Shown here in pieces: positions 28,487 to 38,811 of a DNA stretch of 59,929 nucleotides. A program made the translations under genes and the position numbers. The stretch is taken from contig JAGOUR010000005.1 of assembly GCA_018061145.1 (NCBI GenBank), positions 1 to 59,929 of the forward strand, given 5' to 3'. A model generated the notes under the pieces. It was not told the origin of the DNA. It saw only the letters and a program-made list of their open reading frames with translations, and made no database searches. Within the stretch, counting starts at the first letter, position 1. Each line of letters begins with the position of its first letter. The DNA comes from Minisyncoccota bacterium (GTDB lineage Bacteria; Patescibacteriota; Minisyncoccia; Phycocordibacterales; UBA9973).

Positions 28487-30235
28487 ATGAATAAAGAAGT
28501 GCGTCAATGCCAGAACTGCAAGGAGGATTTCACTATAGAAACCGAGGATTTTGTGTTTTATGACAAGATAAAAGTCCCACCGCCTACATTTTGCCCGGAG
28601 TGCAGGTGTATTCGACGCATGATTCACCGTAATGAAAGACACTTATTCCGGAGGACTTGTGATGTTACTGGTAAAAGTATTATTTCTATTTACCCACCAG
28701 AATCTCCATACACAGTTTGTGATAAGGATTATTATTTTTCAGATGCTTTTGACCCATTTAAATACGGATCGGTTTATAATCCTGATTTAAAATTTTTTGA
28801 GCAGTTTTATGAATTTGCAAAAAAAGTCCCACTCACATCTTTATTTGTTAGAATTTCAGAAAAATGTGAGTACAATCAGGATATGAGTAATTCGTCGAAT
28901 TGCTACCTCTGTTTTAGAACACACGATTCTCAAAATATGTTTTATACATATCGAGGGAATAAATCAAATAATTGTTTTGATTGTTTTCAAGCTGTTATTT
29001 CCTCTGAATTCCTGTATGAATGTGTCGATGTATCTACTTGTAATAATAGTCGGTTTTTAAGTTCTTGTGAAAAATGTTCTGATTCAGCTTTTCTGTATAA
29101 CTGTACTGGTTGTGTTGATTGTTTTATGTGTACTGATCAGAGGAATAAACAATGTTATTTTAAAAACCAGCAATACTCCAGAGAAGAATATAAGAAGATA
29201 ATTGATTCATATAACCTTTCTACTTATGAGGGGCAGAAAAAAGCCTTGTCTGAATTTGAAGAATTTTTAAAACAAAAACCAAGAAAAAATTTAACAATAA
29301 TCCGTTCAGACAATGTAACAGGTGATAATATCACTGATTCCAAGGATGCCAAATATGTTTTTAATGTAAAATCCTTGCAAAACTGTTCATATATTTGGGA
29401 CTCATTTAGATTTACTGATTCAATGGATACATATTCTGGTGCTGGGTCTGAGTTGTTATATGAGACTACTGCTACAACTGCCCATAGTAGCAACTGTCGT
29501 TTTTGCGTCAGGGTTCATGAAGGGTCTCGTGACTGTGAGTATAGTTGGTTTCTCCAAAATTGTTCAAGTTGTTTTGGTTGTATTGGGCTTAAGAATCAGG
29601 AATATTGTATTTTTAATGTTAAATACAATAAAGATGAGTACGAAGAACTTGTCGGTAGAATTAAAAATAAGATGCTAGAAGATCGTGAATACGGCGAATT
29701 CTTCCCAGCTTATACTTCACCGTTCGCTTATAATAATACAGTAGCCCATGAATTTTTCCCCATGGCCAAAGAGACTGCTCTTGAGGCGGGTTTTGGTTGG
29801 AAAGATTTAGAAGATAAGAATTATGTTGCTAACGTTGATTCTGTTGATTTGCCGGGTGATATTTCTAATGTTGGTGATGATATTTTAAATCAGATAATTT
29901 CTTGTTCACATAAAGGGGGGTGTGGGCATGGTTGCACTAAGGCATTTAAAATTGTGGCTGATGAACTTTCTTTTTATCGAAATAAAAAAATACCAGTACC
30001 GCATGAATGTCCTAACTGCAGGCATTATCGCAGATTAGAAACTCGTAATCCGACAATGCTACGTGATACAAAATGTATGTGTGAGGGTGATGGAGTATGT
30101 AATGATGTCTATAAAAATACTATTCCTCATGAGCATGGGGCTGGTCCTTGTGGTAAAAAATTGCAAACATCAATAAGAGAAGATAGTAATTTCATAGTTT
30201 ATTGTGATAGTTGTTATAAAAAAGAAGTATTTTAA
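28487..30235 (+). CDS. Cys-rich Zn-ribbon/repeat protein, paralog 4
   Basis: CQNCKEDF..VPPPTFCPECR start and VYCDSCYKKEVF end. Confidence 0.8.
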   Translation: MNKEVRQCQNCKEDFTIETEDFVFYDKIKVPPPTFCPECRCIRRMIHRNERHLFRRTCDVTGKSIISIYPPESPYTVCDKDYYFSDAFDPFKYGSVYNPDLKFFEQFYEFAKKVPLTSLFVRISEKCEYNQDMSNSSNCYLCFRTHDSQNMFYTYRGNKSNNCFDCFQAVISSEFLYECVDVSTCNNSRFLSSCEKCSDSAFLYNCTGCVDCFMCTDQRNKQCYFKNQQYSREEYKKIIDSYNLSTYEGQKKALSEFEEFLKQKPRKNLTIIRSDNVTGDNITDSKDAKYVFNVKSLQNCSYIWDSFRFTDSMDTYSGAGSELLYETTATTAHSSNCRFCVRVHEGSRDCEYSWFLQNCSSCFGCIGLKNQEYCIFNVKYNKDEYEELVGRIKNKMLEDREYGEFFPAYTSPFAYNNTVAHEFFPMAKETALEAGFGWKDLEDKNYVANVDSVDLPGDISNVGDDILNQIISCSHKGGCGHGCTKAFKIVADELSFYRNKKIPVPHECPNCRHYRRLETRNPTMLRDTKCMCEGDGVCNDVYKNTIPHEHGAGPCGKKLQTSIREDSNFIVYCDSCYKKEVF

Positions 30236-30237
30236 GC

Positions 30238-31962
30238 ATGGAGAATCAATCAGAAAAAAGAATATGCCAGAATTGTAAAGGGGAATTCACCATTGAATCT
30301 GAGGATTTTGCGTTTTATGACAAGATAAAAGTCCCACCGCCTACATTTTGCTCTGACTGCAGGTTGCAGCGTCGACTCTCTTTTCGCAATACCCACTCTC
30401 TTTATAAAAGAAAAGATTCTTTCAATGGTAAAGATATTCTTTCCATATATTCACCAGATAAAAAATTAGTAGTTATTGATCAAAAAGATTGGTGGAAGGA
30501 TGGGTGGGATCCTTTTGATTATGGTGTAGATTATGATTTTTCGAAATCTTTCTTCTCTCAGTGGAAAGAATTGAGAGATACTGTTCCTCTACAAAGTTTA
30601 TCCAATTCCAAGGCTGTAAATAGTGAGTATTGTAATGTTGCTGAAGAAAGTTATGATTGCTATCTTATTTCTGCTTCTTGGAAATGCGAGAGAGTTATGT
30701 ATTCTGATTCAATACATATAATAAAAGATTCAATGGATCTTCATGTTGTATTTAGGTCTGAATTTTGTTATGCAGATGTTTCTTGTGCTGATTCGTATAG
30801 ATTGTTTTATAGCCAAGATTCATATGCGTGCACAGATTCATACTTTTTATACGATTGCCGTGGGTGCACTGATTGTTTTATGAGCTCTAATCTGCGAAAT
30901 AAGAGCTATGTATTCAAAAATGAACAGCTATCTAAAGAAGCATATAAAGAAAAAATTAAAGAATTAAACTTGGGAAGTTTTACCGAAATTCAAGAATTTA
31001 AAAAAGAATTTAATGATATGAAGCTAAATTCAGTTCATCGATTTGCCCAAATTTTGAATTCCTATAATGTTACTGGCGATAATGTCGATCATGCAAAAAA
31101 TTGCTCGTATTGTTTTAATGTTACTGATGGGCTTGAAGATTGTAAAAATATTTTTTGGGGTGGCATGAAAGCAAAAGAAGTATTTGATAGTGGTCCTGGA
31201 GTAGGGGATGGTCAGCTTATGTATGAAGTGTTCGATACTGGTATTGGAGCTTTTAAAAATCTTTTTACAAGTGTTGTCTACAATAGTATAGATGTAGAAT
31301 ATTCATTTAATTGTTATAACTGCTCTTATTGCTTCGGTTGTTTGGGTTTACGGAATAAAAAATTTTGTATTTTGAATAAGCAATATACGAAAGAGGAGTA
31401 CGAAGATATTTTACCCAAAATAAAAAAACATATGAGCGGTATGCCGTATGTTGATAATCAAGGCAGGATTTACAAGTATGGAGAATTTTTCCCAGTTGAA
31501 TTGTCTCCGTTTTGTTACAACGAAACAGTTGCTCAAGAATATTTTCATTTATCAAAAGAGCAAGCAATATCTCAAGGTTTTTTATGGAAAGATAAAGAGG
31601 TGCGTTCTTATATGCCTACAATTAATTCCGCAGATTTACCTGACGACATACAAGACGCTTCAGAAGATATTTTAAATGATATTATTCTATGTGGTCATAA
31701 AGGGGAATGTGCCGACAGGTGTACCTCTGCCTTTAAAGTAACGAGAGACGAACTATCTTTTTACAAGAGGTTTGATATACCGATTCCTCGTTTATGCTAC
31801 GGATGTAGATTTGCTCAATATTTTAAAATGAGAAATCCTTTAAAGCTCTGGAACAGAAAATGCATGCACGAAGGTTGTGATAATGAATTCCAGACTAGCT
31901 ACGCCCCAGATCGCCCAGAGATTATTTATTGTGAAAAGTGTTATCAGCAGGAAGTGATTTAA
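30238..31962 (+). CDS. Cys-rich Zn-ribbon/repeat protein, paralog 5
   Basis: CQNCKGEF..VPPPTFCSDCR start and PEIIYCEKCYQQEVI end. Starts 2 nt after paralog 4. Confidence 0.8.
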   Translation: MENQSEKRICQNCKGEFTIESEDFAFYDKIKVPPPTFCSDCRLQRRLSFRNTHSLYKRKDSFNGKDILSIYSPDKKLVVIDQKDWWKDGWDPFDYGVDYDFSKSFFSQWKELRDTVPLQSLSNSKAVNSEYCNVAEESYDCYLISASWKCERVMYSDSIHIIKDSMDLHVVFRSEFCYADVSCADSYRLFYSQDSYACTDSYFLYDCRGCTDCFMSSNLRNKSYVFKNEQLSKEAYKEKIKELNLGSFTEIQEFKKEFNDMKLNSVHRFAQILNSYNVTGDNVDHAKNCSYCFNVTDGLEDCKNIFWGGMKAKEVFDSGPGVGDGQLMYEVFDTGIGAFKNLFTSVVYNSIDVEYSFNCYNCSYCFGCLGLRNKKFCILNKQYTKEEYEDILPKIKKHMSGMPYVDNQGRIYKYGEFFPVELSPFCYNETVAQEYFHLSKEQAISQGFLWKDKEVRSYMPTINSADLPDDIQDASEDILNDIILCGHKGECADRCTSAFKVTRDELSFYKRFDIPIPRLCYGCRFAQYFKMRNPLKLWNRKCMHEGCDNEFQTSYAPDRPEIIYCEKCYQQEVI

Positions 31963-32011
31963 TTATTACTAACATTAAATATCGCGTCGATAGTATGTGA
32001 TTTTAAAAAAT

Positions 32012-32440
32012 ATGATCATAGATAAAATAAATAAAGATTTAGAAGGTACAGTGTTTGTATACACTACATGCAGGGATAGGGATGAGGCTCGAGATCTGGC
32101 CCGATCTGCTGTGGAGAATCATATGGCAGTGTGTGGAGATTTTTGGTCTGTCGAGTCAGTGTATCCATGGCATGGAGTACTCGAAGACGTAGACCAATAC
32201 ATGCTGATGCTAACTACAAGTAGGGAATTATCTGAAAAATTAACTATTTTTCTTGGTGAACTGCATTCTTATGATGTGCCAATGTTTGTATCTACAAATA
32301 CTATCTACACTAGTGAGCTGTATAGATTATGGATGCAGAGAACCCTGGAAGAAAAAGGTAAGTTTATAACGCCTGACGAAGAAAGTAAAAAAGAAAAATA
32401 TGAAGGGGAGGGTGGTTATCACCCGGGGAAGTTAAAATAA
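32012..32440 (+). CDS. cutA: CutA1-family divalent cation tolerance protein with charged C-terminal extension
   Basis: VYTTCRDRDEARDLAR..VESVYPWHG..E..HSYDVP. Confidence 0.8.
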   Translation: MIIDKINKDLEGTVFVYTTCRDRDEARDLARSAVENHMAVCGDFWSVESVYPWHGVLEDVDQYMLMLTTSRELSEKLTIFLGELHSYDVPMFVSTNTIYTSELYRLWMQRTLEEKGKFITPDEESKKEKYEGEGGYHPGKLK

Positions 32441-32505
32441 AAAACATCTCGATCTTGGGTCGAGATGTTTTTTATTGGTTCAAACATTGAGTGCTATGAT
32501 ATAAT

Positions 32506-34269
32506 ATGCGTATGTATATTAGCGACACTAAAATATTGGATCTGATACGTGATTCAGGATTGGTTACAAAAACTGATTTTGAAACTGCTTATAAAAAATC
32601 TCTAGAAAAGAAGCAGTCTATTGGAGAGATATTAGTTTCTATGGGTAATTTGACGGAAAAAGATTGGATGAATATGCAGGCTCAGGCCCTGGGTATTCCA
32701 TATGTATCACTTAAGAATATAAAAATTTCCCCAGAAGTGTTGACCTTGATCCCAGAGCCTATTGCGAGAAACAATAATATTATTGCCTATAAAAATGGTC
32801 CGGATTCTCTAGAAGTGGCCATGCTAGATGTGGCCAATCTGACTGTTATTGATTTTATAAAGAAAAAGATTGGGCTTCGAATTTTGCCTCGCCTGACAGA
32901 TAGTGACTCTATCAAGAGCGCATTGTCTCAATATAAAAAGAGTTTACAGGCAGACTTTGAAGATATAATCAAAAAAGAGAGCGTAGAAGCTTCAAAGAGT
33001 AATACGGGAGGTTCTCCTGATTCGGAAAAGACTGAGAAGGAATTGCGCGAGCTAGTAGAAGATCTCCCTATAATAAAGATTGTAGATACTCTAATCTCCC
33101 ATGCCATACTACAAGGTGCTTCTGATGTGCATATCGAGCCCTGTGAAGACTCATTACTGATTCGTTACCGTATTGACGGAATTCTTCACGATGCGATGGT
33201 CTTGCCAAAGGATATGGCTCCAGGTATAACTGCTCGTATAAAAGTATTGTCTAACTTAAAATTGGATGAAAAGAGATTGCCTCAAGATGGAAGATTCAAG
33301 GTGGAAAATGAACAAGGGAGAGTCTCGTTCCGTGTGTCTACACTACCTACATACTTTGGAGAAAAAACTGTGATCCGTATTCTCAGAGAAAATGCAAAAG
33401 GATTTACCCTAGAAGGTCTGGGATTTCACGGTGAAGCATTGGAGAAAATACATGATGGTATGAAGCAGAGAACGGGTATGTTGCTATGTGCTGGACCTAC
33501 TGGATCCGGTAAGACAACTACTCTGTATACAATGTTAGACATATTAAATACTCCTGATGTGAATATTTCTACAGTAGAGGATCCTATCGAGTATCAGATG
33601 GCTCGCATAAATCAGACTCAGACTAAATCTGAAATTGGTTTAACTTTTGCAAATGGATTGCGTACGCTACTCCGTCAGGATCCAGATATAATAATGGTAG
33701 GAGAGATTCGTGATGGAGAGACTGCGTCACTGGCTGTTAACGCAGCTCTGACTGGTCACCTTGTACTATCTACTATCCATACTAACTCTGCCGCAGGAGC
33801 CATCCCTCGTATCGTAGATATGGGAGTAGAGCCATTTTTGATTGTATCTACAGTAAAAACGGTGATCGCACAGCGTCTTGTTCGTAGATTGTCAGAGGGT
33901 AAAGAACAATACTTTTTAAATGAAAATGAAAAACAGGCTATGGCGCGTATGATAGATATGGATAAAATGCTCTCTATCTTGAAAAAGGAAAATATCATAA
34001 AAGGGGATGCTACTTGGGATCAAGTTCCTTTTTATAGACCTAAAATTACTGAAGAGAATAAAGAAGGGTATAAAGGTAGAATAGGTATACATGAAGTATT
34101 GAAAGTATCTTTGCCAATCAAAGAGTTAATATTAAAAGGCGCCCCTGCGGATGAAATTGAAAAGCAAGCAAAAAGTGAGGGTATGATGACTATGCTCGAG
34201 GATGGTATTTTTCTAGCTGTTCAAGGTGTGACAACTACAGAAGAGGTTCTCCGTGTTGTTTCCGAATAA
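32506..34269 (+). CDS. Type IV pilus / T2SS assembly ATPase (PilB/GspE)
   Basis: ASDVHIEP, RLPQDGR, GPTGSGKTTT, TVEDPIE, LRQDPDIIMVGEIRD, STIHTN. ATG 32512 is an alternative start. Confidence 0.93.
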   Translation: MRMYISDTKILDLIRDSGLVTKTDFETAYKKSLEKKQSIGEILVSMGNLTEKDWMNMQAQALGIPYVSLKNIKISPEVLTLIPEPIARNNNIIAYKNGPDSLEVAMLDVANLTVIDFIKKKIGLRILPRLTDSDSIKSALSQYKKSLQADFEDIIKKESVEASKSNTGGSPDSEKTEKELRELVEDLPIIKIVDTLISHAILQGASDVHIEPCEDSLLIRYRIDGILHDAMVLPKDMAPGITARIKVLSNLKLDEKRLPQDGRFKVENEQGRVSFRVSTLPTYFGEKTVIRILRENAKGFTLEGLGFHGEALEKIHDGMKQRTGMLLCAGPTGSGKTTTLYTMLDILNTPDVNISTVEDPIEYQMARINQTQTKSEIGLTFANGLRTLLRQDPDIIMVGEIRDGETASLAVNAALTGHLVLSTIHTNSAAGAIPRIVDMGVEPFLIVSTVKTVIAQRLVRRLSEGKEQYFLNENEKQAMARMIDMDKMLSILKKENIIKGDATWDQVPFYRPKITEENKEGYKGRIGIHEVLKVSLPIKELILKGAPADEIEKQAKSEGMMTMLEDGIFLAVQGVTTTEEVLRVVSE

Positions 34270-34270
34270 T

Positions 34271-35485
34271 ATGAAATTTAATTACGTATCTCAAAATAAA
34301 ATAGGTGAGATTCACAAGGGTTCCATAGAGGCATCCGATAGTATTTTGGCTGCTAGACAAATCCGTGATATGAATGAGACTCCACTTTCAATACAGGAGT
34401 CGAACGATAAGAGTTTTTGGTTTTGGCTCTCTCATGTCAGTTTTGGAGGTATCGGCTTAGAAGAACGTATTATGTTTACTAAAAATTTATCAGGGATGCT
34501 CCAGGCTGGATTATCATTGGCTCGATCTCTTGCTGTACTAGAAAAACAAACTCAGAATTATCAATACAAAAAAGTTTTACAGACGCTATCAGAGACTATC
34601 AGTAAGGGAGGGTCTTTGTCTGATGGTATGAAAAAATTTCCGGACACTTTTTCTTCATTGTTCGTCTCTATGGTTCGTGCGGGGGAGGAGTCAGGGTCTG
34701 TCCCAAAAGCCCTAGTTGAAGTTGGTACAAATCTACAAAAAACTTATGCTCTTAATAAGAAGATAAAAGGAGCGCTTATGTACCCCGGGATTATTTTTTC
34801 GGCGATGATTTTAATTGGTGTGCTGATGCTGGTATTCGTCGTGCCTACTCTAACAAAGACTTTTGCAGATGTGGGCGCCGAGCTTCCTGCTTCTACAAAA
34901 TTCGTAATATGGATGTCGGACACTGTTAGTAATCACTTGATTCTATTTTTGGGCTTTATATCCGGAATACTTAGTCTTATTTATTTTATGACTACTTTTG
35001 ATTCTACAAAAAAGATCCTTGATTTTATTATTATAAAATTGCCAGTTATTGGTTCTATCGTTCAAGAGATGAATGCTGCGCGCACAACACGCACACTAGC
35101 ATCGCTCTTGTCTTCAGGGGTAAACATGTCAAAAGCTCTAGAGATTACAAAAGAAGTTCTTCAGAATGTTTACTACAAGAATGTTATCGACAAAGGTATT
35201 GTCTGCATCGAAAAAGGAATACCCCTATCTTCTGTCTTTAAAGAGCGGAACGATCTTTATCCTGTGATGGTGGGCGAGATGATAGAAGTGGGTGAAGAGA
35301 CTGGTAATCTTTCTAATATGATGCTCGACATTGCTTCGTTTTACGAAGGTGAAGTTGATTCCAAGACTAAAGATCTTTCCACTATAATAGAGCCTATACT
35401 CATGGTATTTATAGGTGCGGCTGTTGGTTTTTTTGCTGTATCTATGTTGCAGCCAATGTACTCTATATTAGACACAATTCAATAA
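34271..35485 (+). CDS. Type IV pilus platform protein (PilC/GspF)
   Basis: Two GspF repeats (MVRAGEESG, MIEVGEETG), ALMYP, IIEPILM. Confidence 0.92.
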   Translation: MKFNYVSQNKIGEIHKGSIEASDSILAARQIRDMNETPLSIQESNDKSFWFWLSHVSFGGIGLEERIMFTKNLSGMLQAGLSLARSLAVLEKQTQNYQYKKVLQTLSETISKGGSLSDGMKKFPDTFSSLFVSMVRAGEESGSVPKALVEVGTNLQKTYALNKKIKGALMYPGIIFSAMILIGVLMLVFVVPTLTKTFADVGAELPASTKFVIWMSDTVSNHLILFLGFISGILSLIYFMTTFDSTKKILDFIIIKLPVIGSIVQEMNAARTTRTLASLLSSGVNMSKALEITKEVLQNVYYKNVIDKGIVCIEKGIPLSSVFKERNDLYPVMVGEMIEVGEETGNLSNMMLDIASFYEGEVDSKTKDLSTIIEPILMVFIGAAVGFFAVSMLQPMYSILDTIQ

Positions 35486-35486
35486 T

Positions 35487-35966
35487 ATGAAAAAAAATAA
35501 TTACAATAAGGGTATAGGTATAATTGAGATATTGATATCAATAGCGATAATGGCTGTTATCGCGGCTGTTGTAGTGCCTTCTTTGTCTAGCTTCAAGAAT
35601 CATCAAGTTCTGGTTAATACAGCAGAAGACGTCGTGTCTCTTTTAAATAAAGCTCGTATGGAAACACTAGCTTCAAAGAATTCAAATTACTACAGTGTTC
35701 ACTTTGAAACAAATAGGGCCGTGCTGTTCACTGGGAGTGTATTTAATAGTGGTGATTCAAATAACTATGTTGTAAATTTTGATAGCTCTATTTCTATTCC
35801 ATCTAGTGGTGGGATCAATCTAACTGGTGGTGGGGCAAATGTAACATTTACAAGACTGACTGGAGATACAAATCAAAATGGGAATATCGTGCTACAATTA
35901 AATAGTGACAATAATCAAAAAAAGATTATCACTATTAAAAAAACAGGAGTTTCTTCATCAAATTAA
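35487..35966 (+). CDS. Type IV prepilin-like (minor pilin, FimT/GspH-like)
   Basis: KG|IGIIE class III signal followed by a hydrophobic helix. Confidence 0.8.
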   Translation: MKKNNYNKGIGIIEILISIAIMAVIAAVVVPSLSSFKNHQVLVNTAEDVVSLLNKARMETLASKNSNYYSVHFETNRAVLFTGSVFNSGDSNNYVVNFDSSISIPSSGGINLTGGGANVTFTRLTGDTNQNGNIVLQLNSDNNQKKIITIKKTGVSSSN

Positions 35967-35968
35967 AA

Positions 35969-36463
35969 ATGTTTAATATTTTTTTAAAAAATAAATACAA
36001 TTATGGTTCAGCTCTTGTTGAGGTGATGGTGGCTTGTTCCATATTTTCGATTTTATCTTTTAGTTTAATCTCTGCCACCAATAAAGGTATAAATCTTTCA
36101 AATGTAGCACTCAGACAAGTGCAGGCTAGTTTCCTTCTCGAAGAGGGTGCAGAGAGTGTAAAAATAATACGAGATAATAATTGGTCAAACATCTCTGGTT
36201 TTAGTAATAATACCAATTATTACACATCTTTTAATACCAGTAATAATACGGTGTCACTATCTACAACCCCCAATACTATCGATAATTTTTTTACGAGAAC
36301 AATTGTATTTTCTACTGTATCTCGAGATTCCAATGACGACATTGCTACGTCTGGGACTGTTGACTCCGGCACCAAGAAGGTGACCGTCACTGTATCTTGG
36401 CCTTCCGGAGGAGTCACTCTCTCAAAGAGTTTGTCTTTTTATGTTGCTAATATTTTTAATTAA
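35969..36463 (+). CDS. Type IV prepilin-like (minor pilin, PilV-like)
   Basis: YG|SALVEVM signal, EEGAESVK, KKVTVTVSW. Confidence 0.8.
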   Translation: MFNIFLKNKYNYGSALVEVMVACSIFSILSFSLISATNKGINLSNVALRQVQASFLLEEGAESVKIIRDNNWSNISGFSNNTNYYTSFNTSNNTVSLSTTPNTIDNFFTRTIVFSTVSRDSNDDIATSGTVDSGTKKVTVTVSWPSGGVTLSKSLSFYVANIFN

Positions 36464-36985
36464 ATGACCAATAATTTAAAAAAATTCAATAAGGGTTTCT
36501 CTTTGATAGAAATTTTAATTTATGTTGGTATTTTTAGTATTATATCTATCGCTGTTATCACTTCATCTGTGGTAGTTATTTCTTCTTTTAGTAAAACCCG
36601 TGACATACGCAATATACTAGAAACTGGTAATGTTGTTTTTGAGAGGATGACTCGTGAGATCAGGCAATCATCTGGTGTAGATACTTCCAATAGTGTACTG
36701 GGTAGTAGCCCTGGGTCTTTGCAGTTGAATAGCACAGATGAATCAGGGAACGCTCGAACAGTAAAATTTATAATAGAGAATGGGTCCTTGAATCTATATC
36801 AAAATGGTGCTCTTGTAGATAATTTACTCGGATCAGATGTCTCAGTTTCCAGTTTGATATTTAGGCGTATCGTAACTACAGCGGGAGAAGCCGTAAAGAT
36901 AGAAATGACTGTAGTAAATACAAATACTCAAAACATAATACCCCGCAATTTTAATAGTACTATAATATTAAGAGGTGGGTATTAA
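36464..36985 (+). CDS. Type IV prepilin-like (minor pilin, PilW-like)
   Basis: KG|FSLIEIL signal, ERMTREIRQ. Confidence 0.85.
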   Translation: MTNNLKKFNKGFSLIEILIYVGIFSIISIAVITSSVVVISSFSKTRDIRNILETGNVVFERMTREIRQSSGVDTSNSVLGSSPGSLQLNSTDESGNARTVKFIIENGSLNLYQNGALVDNLLGSDVSVSSLIFRRIVTTAGEAVKIEMTVVNTNTQNIIPRNFNSTIILRGGY

Positions 36986-36991
36986 AATAAG

Positions 36992-38782
36992 ATGATAAAT
37001 TATAAATTACAAATTAAATATAAAAAAGGGCATAGGGGGGCAGCGACACTGGTACTCGTTTTCTTTTTTATGTTTATTAGTATTACTATTTTGATAGGGA
37101 TAGTTACGCCCGTCGTGAGAGAGTTTAAGATTGCTTCAAATGTTATAACTTCCAGGCAGTCTTATTTTGCTTCTGAGTCGGGGATTGAAGATGCCATATA
37201 TCGTATAAAAAACAATAAACAGATTGGGGCTAGTGAGACAATAGTCCTGGGAAGTTCTACTGCCACGACAACTATAAATAGCATCACTGCCAATAAAAAA
37301 GAGATTAGCTCTCTGGGGGATAGTGGGTCACTGCAAAGAAAGAATAACATTAGCTTAACGACTTCACCTGGCTTATCTTTTAGTTATGGGGCTCAAGTTG
37401 GCGGCGGCGGGTTATTCCTGGGGAATGGTGTACAAGTAGAGAGTGGGGACATATATGTCAGCGGTAATCTGACCGCTCAAAGTGTGAGTGTTCATGGCAA
37501 TATCTATGCTGCAAGTCCAGTCCCAGCTCCAGCTCATGTCTCAAATATAGGCGCGAGCACTCCACCATCAAGTGTGATATTGGGCTACAGTCCCAAGGAA
37601 GATTTTGCTCAGAGTTTTACTACTACTGGGAGCGGTGTCTTGAAAAGAGTGTCTCTGTACATGAAGACGAATCAGTCTGCTGGTAATTTTACTGTGAGTG
37701 TCGTTAACAACAACAATGGTTCACCTGGAACAACCACACTAGCTACTTGGACAACTCCGCAGAATAGTTTCGGCACTATGAGCGATTTTGGATGGGTTAA
37801 TGCAGATTTTGCTACTACACCAACACTATTGGCAAATACAAAATATTGGATTGTTTTTAATAATGCCACATCTCAGTGGAATCATCATACTCTAGGTCTA
37901 ACCTCCGGCGGAGAGGGTAAGGTCAGATCAAATGACGGTAGTGCTTGGGTTGCTAATTCACCTGCTTCTACTGGATACTATAAAGTATTTTTAGATAGAG
38001 TTCCTTCTTATATTCAGGGGGAGTCTTATGGGTCTATTAATCTAGAGGGTAATGCTTATGCAGAGACGGTTGGAGGTGTAAATGTAAATAGTAATTATAA
38101 TCTATACTGCCAAGCCGGTAGAAATAATAAAAATTGTGTGACTACACCAGAAGCATCTTCAAACCCTCCGCCACTATCTTTTCCCGTGACAAACGAATTC
38201 ATCGATTCATGGAAAGAACAGGCAACTGCAGGAGGAGTCACTAATGGCAGTGTGAATATCAACTGGTCTGGGGGATCTCTTGGTCCACGAAAAATAGTAG
38301 GAGATCTTATTATTACTTCTGGTACATTGACTATCAATGGCCCTGTATATGTTACAGGTAAGATACAAGTAAGTAATGGTGGAAAAATACAGTTAGCTTC
38401 TAGTTTTGGGGTGAATGATGGGATAATGATCTCTGATGGGCCTATATATGTATACGGCGGAGCTAGTGTTCGTGGTTCTGGTAATTCTAATAGTTTCCTA
38501 GTTCTCGTTACCACTAGTAGTACAATCCATTCCGGATCTATAAGCAACAAAGAACAATTTGCTGGCTATCTTGATAACGGTGGAGACGTAGACGCATTCT
38601 ATGCACCTAATGGAGAGATATGGGTGGCTGGTGGCTCAGAGCTCAATACTGTGGTGTCTTATCAAATGGCTATTACAAACGGTGCAAAGATTAATTTCAA
38701 ATCAGCCTTGTCTAGTCTAGGTTTTCAGTCTTCGAGCGCGAGTGGTTCTTGGAGCCTAGCCTCTTGGAAAGAGTCTCAGTAG
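36992..38782 (+). CDS. PilX-like minor pilin fused to a large beta-rich putative adhesin region
   Basis: RG|AATLV signal without Glu5, QSYFASESGIEDA (PilX N-terminal motif), then ~450 aa of G/S/N/T-rich beta sequence. Confidence 0.72.
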   Translation: MINYKLQIKYKKGHRGAATLVLVFFFMFISITILIGIVTPVVREFKIASNVITSRQSYFASESGIEDAIYRIKNNKQIGASETIVLGSSTATTTINSITANKKEISSLGDSGSLQRKNNISLTTSPGLSFSYGAQVGGGGLFLGNGVQVESGDIYVSGNLTAQSVSVHGNIYAASPVPAPAHVSNIGASTPPSSVILGYSPKEDFAQSFTTTGSGVLKRVSLYMKTNQSAGNFTVSVVNNNNGSPGTTTLATWTTPQNSFGTMSDFGWVNADFATTPTLLANTKYWIVFNNATSQWNHHTLGLTSGGEGKVRSNDGSAWVANSPASTGYYKVFLDRVPSYIQGESYGSINLEGNAYAETVGGVNVNSNYNLYCQAGRNNKNCVTTPEASSNPPPLSFPVTNEFIDSWKEQATAGGVTNGSVNINWSGGSLGPRKIVGDLIITSGTLTINGPVYVTGKIQVSNGGKIQLASSFGVNDGIMISDGPIYVYGGASVRGSGNSNSFLVLVTTSSTIHSGSISNKEQFAGYLDNGGDVDAFYAPNGEIWVAGGSELNTVVSYQMAITNGAKINFKSALSSLGFQSSSASGSWSLASWKESQ

Positions 38783-38811
38783 AAACGACTTAATTGTGCT
38801 ATAATAGATAA

